Origin: a virus
IMG/VR virus record: IMGVR_UViG_3300044710_000064
Coordinates: 5,060 to 69,059 of that record
DNA length: 64,000 nt
Strand: one strand, 5' to 3'
The position numbers were made by a program, and so were the translations under genes. This document shows, one piece after another, positions 26,054-37,900 of the stretch; the first letter of the stretch is position 1, and every line of letters begins with the position of its first letter. The notes beneath the pieces were generated by a model. That model had not been told where the DNA came from, did no database searches, and saw only the letters and a program-made list of their open reading frames with translations.

Positions 26054-29000
26054 TCAAATGACGGGGATGTACTGAGAATTGTCGGGAGAGTTGGAATTGA
26101 AATTCATCTGACCAAGCGGGACTCCGGCTCCTGCGGTGTTGCCCGTTCCGGGAATGGTCCCGCTTCCAGTTATGGAACTCGTCCCCGGAACCGTCAGACT
26201 CGGAACCGGCGTGACGATCGCAGTCTGGAGAATGGCCGAATATGTCCCACTTCCATCCCCACTCACCTGGTTGAATTGCAGCCTGTCGTTTCGGTTGAAG
26301 GTTATGGGATTCGACGCGAATGCGGCAGTTCCTATTTGACCTGTCGAGCCGGCCGGAATCTTGACGGGCGCCGGGAAGATAGAAGCCGTGACGTTCGTCT
26401 GCCGGTTCGTCCAGATAATGTCGATATATTCGTCAATGGCGGGAGTATCGAGTATCTCAAAGACCAGATCGATAGCGACGGAATTGTTCCGCACATTGAC
26501 AGGAAGGAATCTGGCGCTTCCAGTCGAATCCCACACGCCCCAAGTGTAGGGGCGGTCGAGTTGCAAACCTCCCGTTCCGTAGATGTAGATCATTCGGAAC
26601 GGAGCGTCGAGCTCGCCGGGCTCGACATTATTCACGTCCACCGTGAAACCACCGAGCATCATTTGCTGCCGCTGATAATTAGCGACGGGAAAGACGATCT
26701 TAGAAAGAGTTCCTAGGACGCTGTTCTTAATCGGGGTCGAATCGACCGAACTTCTCCATGCTCGTTCTTCCACTACCCAGATCGAATCGGCTCCCAGTTG
26801 AATGGGCTGGTCGAGCGTCCAACTGATGTTGTTATTTGCAACGATCTGGGCGGTTTGTCCCCTGTTCGTGCCGGCAATGACACGGATGATTTCGCCCACT
26901 TCAAAGTTCGTGATCAGGCCCGTGTGAGGTTTTGTTGGATTGGTCGCGTTCGAAAGACCTGCGTCCGTGATGAGGTTGGGATTACCGGAGTTATCGTAGC
27001 CCTGGAAACAGACCACGAAAGTATCCCCGGCCGTTGGGACTTGAGCGTTGGTGTAGAACTTCGGAACCCCTCCGCCTTGCAGCATGGAAGCATCCCGATC
27101 AAGCGTGAATGTTCCGGTGGAAGGATCAAATCCAGTGATAGTGAAATTCTGAAACGGCGTCGAGCCATTCAGCCTTCCGATGATCATGAGCGGTCGGCCT
27201 TCCCAGTTGTCCTGCCCCGCCACGTCAACGCATTCCGATGAAACGATCTGGTTTCCGCTTACCGTGTCTATCGCAGCTCCGAGCACTCCTCCGTGAATCA
27301 GGATCTTGCCTTTGATCCGAACCTTTTGAACGTTGGAATTCGGGAGTGCCCATGTGGTTCGCGCAGGTTTGTAGGTTCTTACGAAAATGGCCTGGTAGCT
27401 GATATTCACCGGAGCGTACGAGTTGCCGTTCGGAGACAGGGTGCCTGTCTGGGCTTCGGTGATTTGATCGTCCAATCCTCCATTGACGACTCCAATGAAC
27501 ATCACGTAGCTAGTGATTCCGGTCACCTGTGGCCAGTCGATATTGCCGATGGTGAACGAATAGACTCCCTGGATGATGATGAGATCCGATGGTGGGGTTA
27601 CTTGCCCAGTCGTGTCATTCTTTCCGCAGACCGCAACGCTGTAGGTTGGACCCGGCCCAAGCCCCGGCGTCCCTCCGCCGCTCTTTACGAACCCTTTCTT
27701 GATTTCGGGGGGAACACAATTCGGAATGTACTGATTGATCGGTTGGTTTCCTGTGATGACGACGTTTACTTGGATCGTTCCGTCTCCCAAGACCTGATAG
27801 GATTGCGCGGTGTCGAAGGTGTACTCCGATGGATAAACTGCGTCAGTCGAAAGAGCTTGAACGTAGTACGGTGACCATTGTCCGAGAGGTTCGGGGTAAT
27901 AAAGAATCGGAAGCGGTTGCGGTAAGACATCTTGCGGTTTCGGCCCCGCAACGAGATCGTACATCGACGGCGTAACCGTCTTCGCCTGGATGGTGATCGA
28001 CCAGTCTTTATGGAGTGTCCATTTCTGAATTCGAAAATGACTCGTGGTCGAATCCCAGACAAGCCCGGCTCCGCTAACGTCTCCGGTTGGAGTCGTGAGA
28101 CGGAAAGCATTCCACGCATCGACGTCGTAACCTCCCGGAACATCCGGGTGGGTCATCGACACAACTTGGCCGGCCTCGGTCTCTAATGCCAGAATGGTTG
28201 TCTTCCAGGTAGCTTTGCGCGCGGCCGAGAACTCGCGGAACTGATTCGTGGTGTCGAAGGCCTGTCTGATCCCCCCAACTTCTTCTCGGGTTCTGGTTGC
28301 CGCAAGTCTCAGGCCCTGTGAAAGCGTGCAGCATCCCACGATATGTTGACTAGCCGTGAGAGGAGAACCGCCGCGGTTGAAGTAGTTTGCGTGATCCTTG
28401 TCGTAATATTCCGCCGTGTTGGCTTGGTATTGATAGGCTTGATCCGCGTAATTGATGATGAGCCGTTCAAAGTTCGCTTCGATGGGGCTCAGGGTCAAAG
28501 ACCGAAAGAGAATATTTCCGAGCGTGAAGGCTGAAACAGCACTGGCATTTTCACGAATCCCGAATTTGATGGTCCCGAACTCGAAGATGAAGAACCCGAG
28601 CGCACACGCGAGGATTTCCGTGAGTTGATCCCGCAAGGGTTTCTGTTGGGACAGGATTCCCTGAAACTGAAACTGAGTTTCGAAAGTCGTTATGTCTCCG
28701 ACCAAAGGATGTACGGGCTTGTCTGCTATCTCTCCAGTAGCCGTTCCGTCTCCCGCGTAGAGTGATGGAAGATTCAGGAAAGCAACGGCAGCGGTCAGAT
28801 TACGCTGCATGCTCAATGCCCGGATGTAGGTATTCGCCGCTACCCAGAAAGGATTTGTGAGGCCGGCGTAATTGGTTCCCGTGGGATTCGCGGCGTTGTA
28901 AACGAGCCCCTGCAATCCCTGGGCGATAGGAACGGTCATGGAGTGCTGCTCCGGAATGGTCGGGTTTATTCCGCTGGGCTTTGCATACCGAAGTTCAACG

Positions 29001-30718
29001 AAAGCTGTACCCGCCGCCGTCTGCGGTCCCCATACCGAATAAGTTGGATTCGAACCCGGAGCGGTTTGCCCGAGACTGAAACTTGGCGAAGTCGGGTTGG
29101 CGAAGTCGTCCACGTAGGACAATGGTTGCGGATCGGCGCCCGGCACTTCGCGAAGTCCCAGATCGACGCTCGTCTTCACGTTCAATTGCGAATCTACGGA
29201 GAAGCCTTGCGGAGGAAAGCCGTCTCCTAAGGGAGCAACGATGTATTTGTATCCGTCCGCATTGGTGTAAACCGACCAGCCTTCGTAAAGGCCAAGGGGG
29301 CCCGCTCCGACAATTCCGATCATGTCGAAGAAGTCGCCTTCGTCTCGAACATCTGCTACGACGGCGTTGACAAAAAATGCTTTCCCTGGATTTTGCCCTT
29401 GATCACCACCGCTCGCTGGGCCCGCCGATCCGTCATTGCACCAAATATCCGCTAGCGCATTGCCCCACATGCTGTCGGAAACCAGAGAAGTCGCTGTAAC
29501 GAGATTGCGATTGAACCCCGCAAATCCCGTTGCGTTGTTCAGGATGTTGACGCCCTGCGGTTGCGCGGGATGTCCCCCAAAGAAACCGAGTTTCTCAGGA
29601 ACTCTCTGGCTCGTCAAAAGCGGCGACATGCCGTGAGCCTGACACCCATTGGCACTATCGAAATAGTAATCGCACGAGTTTCTATCAGCCGCGAACGTCA
29701 CGCCCGCCGAACTCGTGCCGGTCTGAATTGAGCCCTGGGTCGAGAAGGGACACCACACCCCATCATCGAAAGTCTTCCAGCATTGCCGGGAGATCGTCCG
29801 ATTCGGGTACAGCATGTTGACCTGGTAGAGGCCGTCTGTACACTGAACCGTGAATTGCGCCGAGCCGTCATGGACGAAATTGATGATTGAGCCCTTCCAG
29901 AGCTGAAGGATGGTTTGACTCTGGACGTGGTAAAGGCAAAGGTCAATCGAGGCGTACTTCAGATCCGTGTCATTCGCTAATTGGCCCATGACCCGGTCCG
30001 CGTTTCCAAAAGTGAACTGGACGTTATCCGCCGGTGTTCCTCGCATGGGATCGGCGATGCTCTGCGTCATGATGACGTCGGAGCCCGGTTCTCCCAGTCC
30101 GATGATTCGCGGAAGATAGAGCTGAGTCCCGACCGTGCAACGTCGGTCCGACAAATAGATGTCTGGCACAGCAGTTTCTCTGACGCGGATATGAATCAGC
30201 GGGATGATTTGCTGGACTTGGGAAAGGAGCGCCGCCTGCAAGGTGGAATTGGGAAAACGGAGGCAGGTAGCAGCGACGGGATAGACCGGAGCCGAGAGAG
30301 GGTTTGGACACTCAATGAAATTGAAGCCGGATTGACAGGCATTCGCGAGTTCGGAAACTGAGAGCGGCTGAGTTTCGAAGATGACCGTGTAAGGCGAGGT
30401 TGCGTGATCGGATTGCGGCGCGTTGTAGGTGAAGGTCTGGAAGGAGCCCTCGACGGCTTCGAAGAACTCGAACAGGTTCGAGCGGTCCGTGCGGCTGATG
30501 ACCTGTTTTCGAAAGGGAAATTTCCTGGGGCCAATCCCTACTTGGAAACGCTGATAGGAGAGCGTTGCCGCTTCACCGAATCTGTGTTCAATGATCGGCC
30601 ACGGTCTATCCATTCCATAGCCGAAGTCTGAGACCATGCGCGAAGACACGGATAGCGGCCACGTCAAACCACTGGCGACGGGAACCGGGACCGCGATTCT
30701 GCCGATGGTATCCGGCAT
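26054..30718 (-). CDS. Tail tip mega-protein (gpM/Dit-like, gpL-like and gpJ-like regions fused)
   Basis: 1554 aa; FFEAVEGSFQTF Dit-like; CWK..CPF...CDY...C Cys cluster; LTEILAC/IINYADQ..YQ hub-like region. Confidence 0.75.
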   Translation of the reverse strand: MPDTIGRIAVPVPVASGLTWPLSVSSRMVSDFGYGMDRPWPIIEHRFGEAATLSYQRFQVGIGPRKFPFRKQVISRTDRSNLFEFFEAVEGSFQTFTYNAPQSDHATSPYTVIFETQPLSVSELANACQSGFNFIECPNPLSAPVYPVAATCLRFPNSTLQAALLSQVQQIIPLIHIRVRETAVPDIYLSDRRCTVGTQLYLPRIIGLGEPGSDVIMTQSIADPMRGTPADNVQFTFGNADRVMGQLANDTDLKYASIDLCLYHVQSQTILQLWKGSIINFVHDGSAQFTVQCTDGLYQVNMLYPNRTISRQCWKTFDDGVWCPFSTQGSIQTGTSSAGVTFAADRNSCDYYFDSANGCQAHGMSPLLTSQRVPEKLGFFGGHPAQPQGVNILNNATGFAGFNRNLVTATSLVSDSMWGNALADIWCNDGSAGPASGGDQGQNPGKAFFVNAVVADVRDEGDFFDMIGIVGAGPLGLYEGWSVYTNADGYKYIVAPLGDGFPPQGFSVDSQLNVKTSVDLGLREVPGADPQPLSYVDDFANPTSPSFSLGQTAPGSNPTYSVWGPQTAAGTAFVELRYAKPSGINPTIPEQHSMTVPIAQGLQGLVYNAANPTGTNYAGLTNPFWVAANTYIRALSMQRNLTAAVAFLNLPSLYAGDGTATGEIADKPVHPLVGDITTFETQFQFQGILSQQKPLRDQLTEILACALGFFIFEFGTIKFGIRENASAVSAFTLGNILFRSLTLSPIEANFERLIINYADQAYQYQANTAEYYDKDHANYFNRGGSPLTASQHIVGCCTLSQGLRLAATRTREEVGGIRQAFDTTNQFREFSAARKATWKTTILALETEAGQVVSMTHPDVPGGYDVDAWNAFRLTTPTGDVSGAGLVWDSTTSHFRIQKWTLHKDWSITIQAKTVTPSMYDLVAGPKPQDVLPQPLPILYYPEPLGQWSPYYVQALSTDAVYPSEYTFDTAQSYQVLGDGTIQVNVVITGNQPINQYIPNCVPPEIKKGFVKSGGGTPGLGPGPTYSVAVCGKNDTTGQVTPPSDLIIIQGVYSFTIGNIDWPQVTGITSYVMFIGVVNGGLDDQITEAQTGTLSPNGNSYAPVNISYQAIFVRTYKPARTTWALPNSNVQKVRIKGKILIHGGVLGAAIDTVSGNQIVSSECVDVAGQDNWEGRPLMIIGRLNGSTPFQNFTITGFDPSTGTFTLDRDASMLQGGGVPKFYTNAQVPTAGDTFVVCFQGYDNSGNPNLITDAGLSNATNPTKPHTGLITNFEVGEIIRVIAGTNRGQTAQIVANNNISWTLDQPIQLGADSIWVVEERAWRSSVDSTPIKNSVLGTLSKIVFPVANYQRQQMMLGGFTVDVNNVEPGELDAPFRMIYIYGTGGLQLDRPYTWGVWDSTGSARFLPVNVRNNSVAIDLVFEILDTPAIDEYIDIIWTNRQTNVTASIFPAPVKIPAGSTGQIGTAAFASNPITFNRNDRLQFNQVSGDGSGTYSAILQTAIVTPVPSLTVPGTSSITGSGTIPGTGNTAGAGVPLGQMNFNSNSPDNSQYIPVI

Positions 30719-30734
30719 GGACTATGCTTGAGGA

Positions 30735-30953
30735 ATGGAACTGCTGTACATCATAGTAATTCTTCTTTGTGCCGTCCCTTGTATTTGGGGAATCAACTTG
30801 ATTGTTAATCACCGTTATGCTCGGGGAAGCATTCTGGTGCTGCTCTCGTGCGGCGTTGTTGCGAGCGTCTACAGTTCCCTTCTGTTTGGGGACCCTTTGT
30901 TCTGGCGTGCTCTGTGGTTTGCCTTTAGTGGTAGGGGTAATCCATATCGCTGA
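30735..30953 (+). CDS. Antisense moron, small membrane protein
   Basis: TATGCT-N6-ATG leaderless arrangement; hydrophobic segments. Confidence 0.6.
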   Translation: MELLYIIVILLCAVPCIWGINLIVNHRYARGSILVLLSCGVVASVYSSLLFGDPLFWRALWFAFSGRGNPYR

Positions 30954-31041
30954 CTTTACGGTGGAAGTAGCAGCCCCACCTTAAACCTCAATCAACTCCA
31001 GACCAGTAGTGCTTCTTCCAGGCATCAGCTATGCTGGCGTT

Positions 31042-31218
31042 ATGAGCAATGGATGGGTCATAGCCGTGATTTGTTTTTGCACTGTAGGCGCATTCACCGG
31101 ACTAGCCACCGCTTCGGGTGCGACTACGCAAGAATTAAAAACCGTCGGGGCTGCTGTCGAATGGCTTTCGGTCGGATTTCTCTTGGCATTCGGTCTGTGG
31201 GGAATACTTGATAGATAG
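31042..31218 (+). CDS. Antisense moron, two-TM protein
   Basis: TATGCT (31030-35)-N6-ATG; two hydrophobic helices. Confidence 0.55.
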   Translation: MSNGWVIAVICFCTVGAFTGLATASGATTQELKTVGAAVEWLSVGFLLAFGLWGILDR

Positions 31219-31223
31219 TTGGG

Positions 31224-31340
31224 CTAAGGAAGCTCGCGCCAGTGCTTGACGCCTTCAATCAGAAGAACGACGACGAGCTCTAGCGCAAGGATGAGAACCG
31301 TTCCGCCGATCACGCGCGCTACCGTCAGAACTGTTTTCAT
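31224..31340 (-). CDS. 38-aa single-TM peptide
   Basis: Manual translation MKTVLTVARVIGGTVLILALELVVVLLIEGVKHWRELP. Confidence 0.4.
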   Translation of the reverse strand: MKTVLTVARVIGGTVLILALELVVVLLIEGVKHWRELP

Positions 31341-31366
31341 GATCAGGCATCGGTTATGCTTGAGGA

Positions 31367-31564
31367 ATGGCGGAGAAACAGGAGGCGTTGAGCGTTGCGT
31401 CTCTTACTCAGGCCCTGAAAAAACTGGAAAGACTCGCGCTTAAATCAGGACGACCCTTATTTATCGATTCCAATCAGGCACTAAGTGATTTACAGGAACG
31501 CGCCCAAAGGTTCATGGTGGCAAGAGCAACCCGTCCGAAACCTCAACTAACTCCAGACCCGTAG
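31367..31564 (+). CDS. Antisense moron, hypothetical protein
   Basis: TATGCT (31355-60)-N6-ATG. Confidence 0.5.
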   Translation: MAEKQEALSVASLTQALKKLERLALKSGRPLFIDSNQALSDLQERAQRFMVARATRPKPQLTPDP

Positions 31565-31961
31565 TGCTTCTTCCAATATCCACTCGCTCTGTCCAACTTC
31601 CTCGAAAGAAAACACACACACGTCCCTGCACCGAATCTCCCGTGGGATCGTAGTTCGATCCGACTTGCGCTGTTGGTAAAGCGTCCATCGGATTGTAGAA
31701 ATAAAACGGAATCAATCCACCCATCTGCTGCTCGAAGAAGTTCCGCAAGGTGATGAGTGCCGCTGCGTTGAGCCGCTTCGATTGCTTCCAGGTTCGCGTG
31801 GATTGCGCAGGATTCACGGTATCGGTGATAAGCGAGCGCTCGGTTGTTCCGTCGTGATATTGCTGAGCGAGCATTGGGTAGACCCGAGTTTCAACGAAGG
31901 CGGTGCAGAGGGACTGGGGCAAGACTCCGGAGGGAACTGCGAGGGCAAGGTTGCCAGGCAC
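31512..31961 (-). CDS. Distal tail (gpM/Dit-like) protein
   Basis: Directly after the TMP; LRNFFEQQMGGLIPFYFYNP, LELVEV. Confidence 0.75.
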   Translation of the reverse strand: MPGNLALAVPSGVLPQSLCTAFVETRVYPMLAQQYHDGTTERSLITDTVNPAQSTRTWKQSKRLNAAALITLRNFFEQQMGGLIPFYFYNPMDALPTAQVGSNYDPTGDSVQGRVCVFFRGSWTERVDIGRSTTGLELVEVSDGLLLPP

Positions 31962-31962
31962 G

Positions 31963-34900
31963 TTAGCTGATAATCAACCCCGACTGCAAAATTGTCGCCT
32001 GGTTGGGCTGCCGTCCATCACTATACGCTTGTGCCTGACTCCACTGAGTCTGCACCATTGAAGGCGTCACGAACATCCCTGTCATGGCGTCCCCAGCATT
32101 CTTTCCATCGAAGTGCAAGGATACTTGCATCGTTCCGCCGCCGGGAGAACCCGGTGAACCTGCTGGTGATCCTCCGCCGGTCGGCGTACTGGCATTAGGA
32201 TATTGCGTGGTGGCATAGCCTCCAGCCACGGGAAGATTTGAGGCTTGGGTGAAGGCTTGACCGTACATGTAAGTCGGAGCTTGGTAGAGAGTGCCGCCTT
32301 GTTCTTGCAGGACTCCGCCGCTTGGCGTTGTAGCGCTTAGCGGAATCTTCTGGCCTGTGCCCGCCGCGTAGACTCCGAGCATCTGCCGGACTTCGGGCGA
32401 CGTGACCGCGATTGCAACGTTATGTCCGAACTGCTGGTTTGCTATATCGACAATCCGTTGTGCTTCGGCGTGGTCGATGTTGACGTGGTAGGTCCGCATC
32501 ACCAACCGCTCAGCTTCTTTCCATTGAGGTTCGACGCCGGCCACGAGTTCACCGAGGCCGATACCGAAACCGGCCGCTGCTCCTATGGCCGCGCCGAGAG
32601 GACCGCCGATCTGCTCGCCAATGAGCGCGCCGCCCGCCGTGCCTTCCAAAATTCCGACGCCGGTCCCCGCATTCCTGCCAAGCAAACCTTGCTGGGCAAG
32701 GAACATTCCCGCCGCGCCGCCCGCCGGGCTGCCAGCAATACCTTGAATCGCGCCAGTGAATCCAGAGGCTTCAGAGAAGTCACCAGATTGCGCGCCTATT
32801 TGCGATGTTGTGTTCCATTCGCCGTCACCCTTGTAGCCGATCGAGGATTGAAGGCTCGCGAGAGGATTGAAGCCGCCGAAGGAAGGACCGGTTGTGTTGC
32901 CACCGGTAATCGGTCCGTTCGGACCACGCTCAAATCCGCCCGCATCATATGTTCCGCCTGGAATTGGAATTCCGGAAGTACCAAATAACCCGCCGCCGCG
33001 CGTTCCGCCGCCGAAGATCGTCCCAAGCAAGCCCCCGCGACCGCCCTGGCCGAATAACGCGGGGAGGATGCCGGAGGCGACCGAGGGCTGGTAGGCCGGG
33101 GCCGAGACTTGTGGAATTCCGAACGCCTGACCGGGACCACTCGCTAACTCCGTGGGTATCGGGCTTGCATTATAGGCGACCGCACTGCCCTGGCTGACTG
33201 CGGCTCCGTAATCTGCCGTGGTCTGAGATTCAGCTGTAGTGAAATATGGCGTGCCGGCCAGCTGGGCAATTCCGGAAGTTGCCCCGAAGAATGAAAGTGG
33301 CGCGCTCGTATCTGGTGAAGCCGGAGAAGCTACGGAAGCCCCGAAGAAAGACAGATCGGCGCTGGTATTCGGCGCGGTTCCCAGGTCAGGAGACGGACCC
33401 GAAGGAGCCGAGGTGAAATATGAAGGCGCTGGAGATTCGAACGACGGAACCTGGTCGATTGTTGAACCTGTCCGATTGATGAGCCCGGAAGGCAGCCGCG
33501 CTACTTCGGGCGAATAGGCCGTCAGGCTCACTGGAGACGCGCTCGGCTGATAGGAAACCGGCGAGAATCGCGCTGTGATGTCGGACGTTGCAGACGGCGG
33601 ATTATAGAACCCCGATGTCAGCAGATGGGAAATTGTGCTAACCGTCGGGGACAATTCAGTCGGAAGAGGACTGGGGCTGTAAGAAACTGGACTGAAAGTT
33701 GAAGCGACAGAGAAAGGACTCGGAGTAATTCCGCGTATTGGGACATTGCTACGCCCAACCAGTAATTGTTCCGGCGTGAGGCCTTCCTGCTCTGGCGAAC
33801 CGATCGCCGCATGCATTTTGGTCAGAGTGGTTGCCAGATCGGGATTGCGCGACTCGAGAGCTGTAATGAAAGATCGGAACGTATTCTCCGTATCTGATCC
33901 ACGCGAGAGCGGCAACTCCGCTTGACCGGCGACGAGCCTAGGAATCAGTTCATCCGCCGCAGACGGTTCATCGTAACCCGCATATTTGGTCAGTTGTTGC
34001 GTGTTGTAATCAACAAAAGTCTTGGGAAGCAGTTTATTAAGCGCCCCAATATCCTGATCTTGAAGTAACGCATGGGTTCCTTCGTGCAGCATCACGCGCG
34101 CGGCGCCATATGTATAGTCTTCGGGCTCGTAGTCTTGGCGGAGTTGCTTCGAGTAGAGGTTGATGAAGTCCGGAAGACCTTCTTCTGGCGCGAAGTATTG
34201 GCCTTCAGTGCCCGGCGTCGCCCCTTTTGGTGCTCTCGGTCGCTGAAACACCGGAGTGTTTGTGTATTTCAGGTATCCCAAGAAATCTTGGGCATCAGTT
34301 CCGTGTGCCCATTGGGGTAACCCAGTCGGAGTAATCGCGTAGCCGGATTCTTGCAGGGAAGGCATCGTGTCCGAACTGGCGTGAGGCGCGTGGAATCCCG
34401 ATGCAAGTAGGCGAGTAACTGTGCTGGTCTCGGAAGGAACTGCAGCCTGACCGGAGGGCTTCTCGGCCTCTGATGCGATGCGGGACAGATTCCCAATAGG
34501 TCCGCCCACGCTCGAAGAGGATCCTCCCGAACTGGAAACGCTCGGAATCGAGACTCCTGAAGTAGAAATACCCGCCGGGGCGGCGAGGGCCGGAACGCCA
34601 AGCCCTGAGCCGATCACCTGGGAAAGGTAATAGGTCATGGCCGTATTTTGATTTTGGGCCACGACAGATGCTGTCAATCCCATTAGCAGCGGCGATTGAT
34701 CCTGGGTTGGCTTCTGGGCCCCGTACGCCCGGGCTGCATCCCGCAGGAGCTGGGTAAGCTCGGCCGGGAGAACCGCTTCACCCTGATGAACCAGAGCCAT
34801 TTGTGTCTCGGGAACCAGGCCGCCGGTTTGATAAGCAGGTGTTGACCGGGCTGGCTGCGCAATGTCCTGTACGGGCGCCGCGTGGAATCCCAGAGAAGCT

Positions 34901-37900
34901 CTTACTTCAGGAGACCTTGCCGCGATCGACACATGGTGGCCGTACTTTTCATTCGCGATATCGGCGATATGCTGGCCTTCAGCATGGCCGATGCTGATCC
35001 CGTAGAGCTTCTTTACCACCCGCTCAGCTTCGTGCCATTGCGGTTCAATGCCTTTGTGGATTGCCAGCGCGGCGAGGCCGATTTCGCCAGCAGTTCCGGC
35101 TTGGCTTTGGGCGATAGCCTGTAATGCTCCGACCGGTCCGGAGGCTTCCGAATGCTGCCCGGACCGGGAAGTATCCCATTGACCTGAGCCTTTGTAGCCA
35201 ATGAGCTTCTCGAGCTGCTGAAGCAGTCCGCCAGTGGCGCCTTGGGTTTGCAAGGCCTGGGTTAGTACTGCGGGAATGACGGCTTCGCCCTGGTGGACTA
35301 AAGCTACCTGTGTTTCTGGAATTAGTCCACCGTCCTCGTAGGCCGGCAGCCCCGCGGCTAATCCAGGGGGAATCGAAACCGACCCTGCGAGGTAGTTTCC
35401 GGTCTGAAGCTGGGAACCGATTGGGCTTTGGACCGTGGCCACGGGCCCGGGAGGAACCAACATGTGGGCCAATCCGGCCGGCGTATGCGAACCAGCCACT
35501 GCTGGAAGAGTTGCCGCCAGAGCAAGGACTGCGGCGCGCAGTTTGTCCATCGCGGTAGTGTTTAGGTCGAGCGGCCGGGAATCCTGATCCTGCTTTCCAA
35601 ATAGCCCGTGGAATGCTCCCGCGATTCCGCCCTGTCCATCCGGTCCATAGATCACGGGTCGGAGGGCTTGCCCGGTCAGTTGTCCTAAGCCTTCTGTGAT
35701 CGGCTTCAAGGTTGCCGACTTCAGCATCTCGGTAAGTTCTTTACCGAAGTGTTGGGGATGCGTGAAAAGCGTTTCAAAGAGCTTGCTGGCTGAATGTGCG
35801 ATAGAGTCGATCTGCTCTTTTTCTTGCTGGGCTATTCGCTCATTATCTGCCTGGATAGCTTTGTTGGCTTCGATGACCAACTTCATCCGGGCTTCTTCGG
35901 ATTCCGTGGCTGTCCGGATTTCCAGGTTCTTCTGATCCAGCGTCCTGTTTCGTTCGAGCGCTGCAACTTGGAGGTTGTAATCGCTTTGCCGGATGACTTT
36001 CGAATTGAGCAGGATCTGGAGTTCCGAAAGTTCTTTTTGGTAAGTGGAGTTTATGCCCGCCAGTTCGAGATTCTCGCGCTTGGTGAGAAACGTCTCTTCG
36101 ATCGTGAGCTTTTGCTGTTCGACGGTCAGCTTACCAGTAAGATCATCGGCTTTCACCAACTCCAGCATCTTCAGTTGCGAATCCTTCGAGGCTGTGGCCT
36201 GAAGAAGTTCCTGCTCGCCGGTCTTCGTGCCGGTTAATTCGAGCTGGTGACCGGCCTGAAGAATCGCTCCTGTCTGGGCATGAGTCCGCGCCGTGAGAAG
36301 CGCGTCCTGCTGTGTGGCTGAAGCGGCCGCACGAGTCACTAGGTCCGCGTGAGACTGATCGATCAGGCGTTTCCCTTCTTCGCGGAAACGAATCTCAAAT
36401 TCCTGATTGATCTGCCCGATGAGTTCTTTGGATTTCCCGTATTGCTCAATCGCAATGGCTCTTTCGGCGCGAAGTTTTTCCGATCCGGTCAGTTCGGAGA
36501 GTTGGGCTTGCCGCAGTGCGGCTGCCACGGCTTTCTGAGCCGCTTCGAGTTCTGCCGTTGCGGCCTTTTCCTTGTCAATCGCCTCAATGCGTTGCTGAGC
36601 ACTGACATACTGCTGAAGGGCCAAAGCCTCGCCGGCATAGCCGCCCTGGAATTGTGCGGCAGGAACCAGCTTGCCGTAGTCCTTGGATGTCTGGTCGCTT
36701 ACAAAAAGCTGTTTCTGGAGTTCCGAGACCTTCTCTTGCAACGTAGATTCGTTGTCGCCCTTGCCGCCAAGATAGTATTGCGTGCCAGTGGGAGCAAGTT
36801 TCTGAACGCTCTGAACGAATGCGGCTTCCGATTGTGGACCCGGACCGGCTCCGAGTTCGCCCGCCCGTTGATTCAGGGCCGCTTCCGCATCGAAAGGCTC
36901 CTCATTGAAAGCGATTCCGGCATTTCGATTTCCTGTCAGCTTGTCAATTGCTCCGGTGACAATCCCCAGGGACGTACCGGCGAGCCCCGGAACTTCCCGA
37001 AGCGTGCTCCAGACCGATCCGAATGCGCGGGCGAAATTATTCCCTACGCTCGTGCTCCAAGCTGAAATTGTATCACCCAATCCGACAAAGCTTTCTTTCA
37101 GCGAATCGAGATCTCGTTTGAATTGTGTGATGTTTTCGCGGTCCACCTTGCTGAAGGCAAGTCCCCACTCGTTCACGCGCTGGATGTTTTCCGCTAGTCG
37201 GTCATTAAGCAATGGAAGATATTTATCCGCATCACTGCCAAAAGCCTGAAAAGCCTTTTGTGCCCGCTCAACCGGGTCCTGAATTTCGCCCAACTTCTTG
37301 AATTGCTCGGCAAGTTGAGCCGCACCCCCGGCGTTCTTCGCAGCCTGGTCAAGAAAATCAGGAGCGAAACCCGCACGCGAAGTAGCGAAGCCCAGAGCCG
37401 CTACTTCGGGATAGGCTAAACCAGATTTGGCTGATTGGATGGCTTGCTTCTCGAGAAGTTGCCCGCGTTCGTAGGTGAGTTTGACGATCTTTTCGAGTGC
37501 GGCGACCGCCGCGATGCTCCCGGCGACGTCGATAGCCGCCCCAAGTCCGCCTTTGAGGCCAGCGAATGCGGTTTCAGTGGCCCTTGCCGTATTCCGGACG
37601 CCTTCCAGCCCCTTTTCGAGTACCGAGGAATCTTCCGCAGTTTGTGTGAAGACTTTCTTTCCTACTACCACGGCACCGGTCAATTCCAAGAATCCGGCAG
37701 TGGCGCGAGCTGCACCGCGAAAGATAGCTTCGAGCGCCCTGCCACCGGAATTGGCCATTCTTTCGACGTCCGATAGGATCCTCTCGAAAGCAGACCGGTG
37801 AGCGTCGGCCATCCGCTCCAGTTGTTTGGATTGCTGTTGCCAGGCATCTCCAAGTTGCTGATTGGTTCTGATCCCACGGTCCCGTGTAGTGTCCAAGCTC

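Larger units (their letters stand above)
30983..31575. repeat. 38-bp imperfect direct repeat (30983-31020, 31538-31575) duplicating the 3' end of the Dit-like gene
   Basis: AAACCTCAA(TC/CT)AACTCCAGACC(A/C)GTAGTGCTTCTTCCA. Confidence 0.85.
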
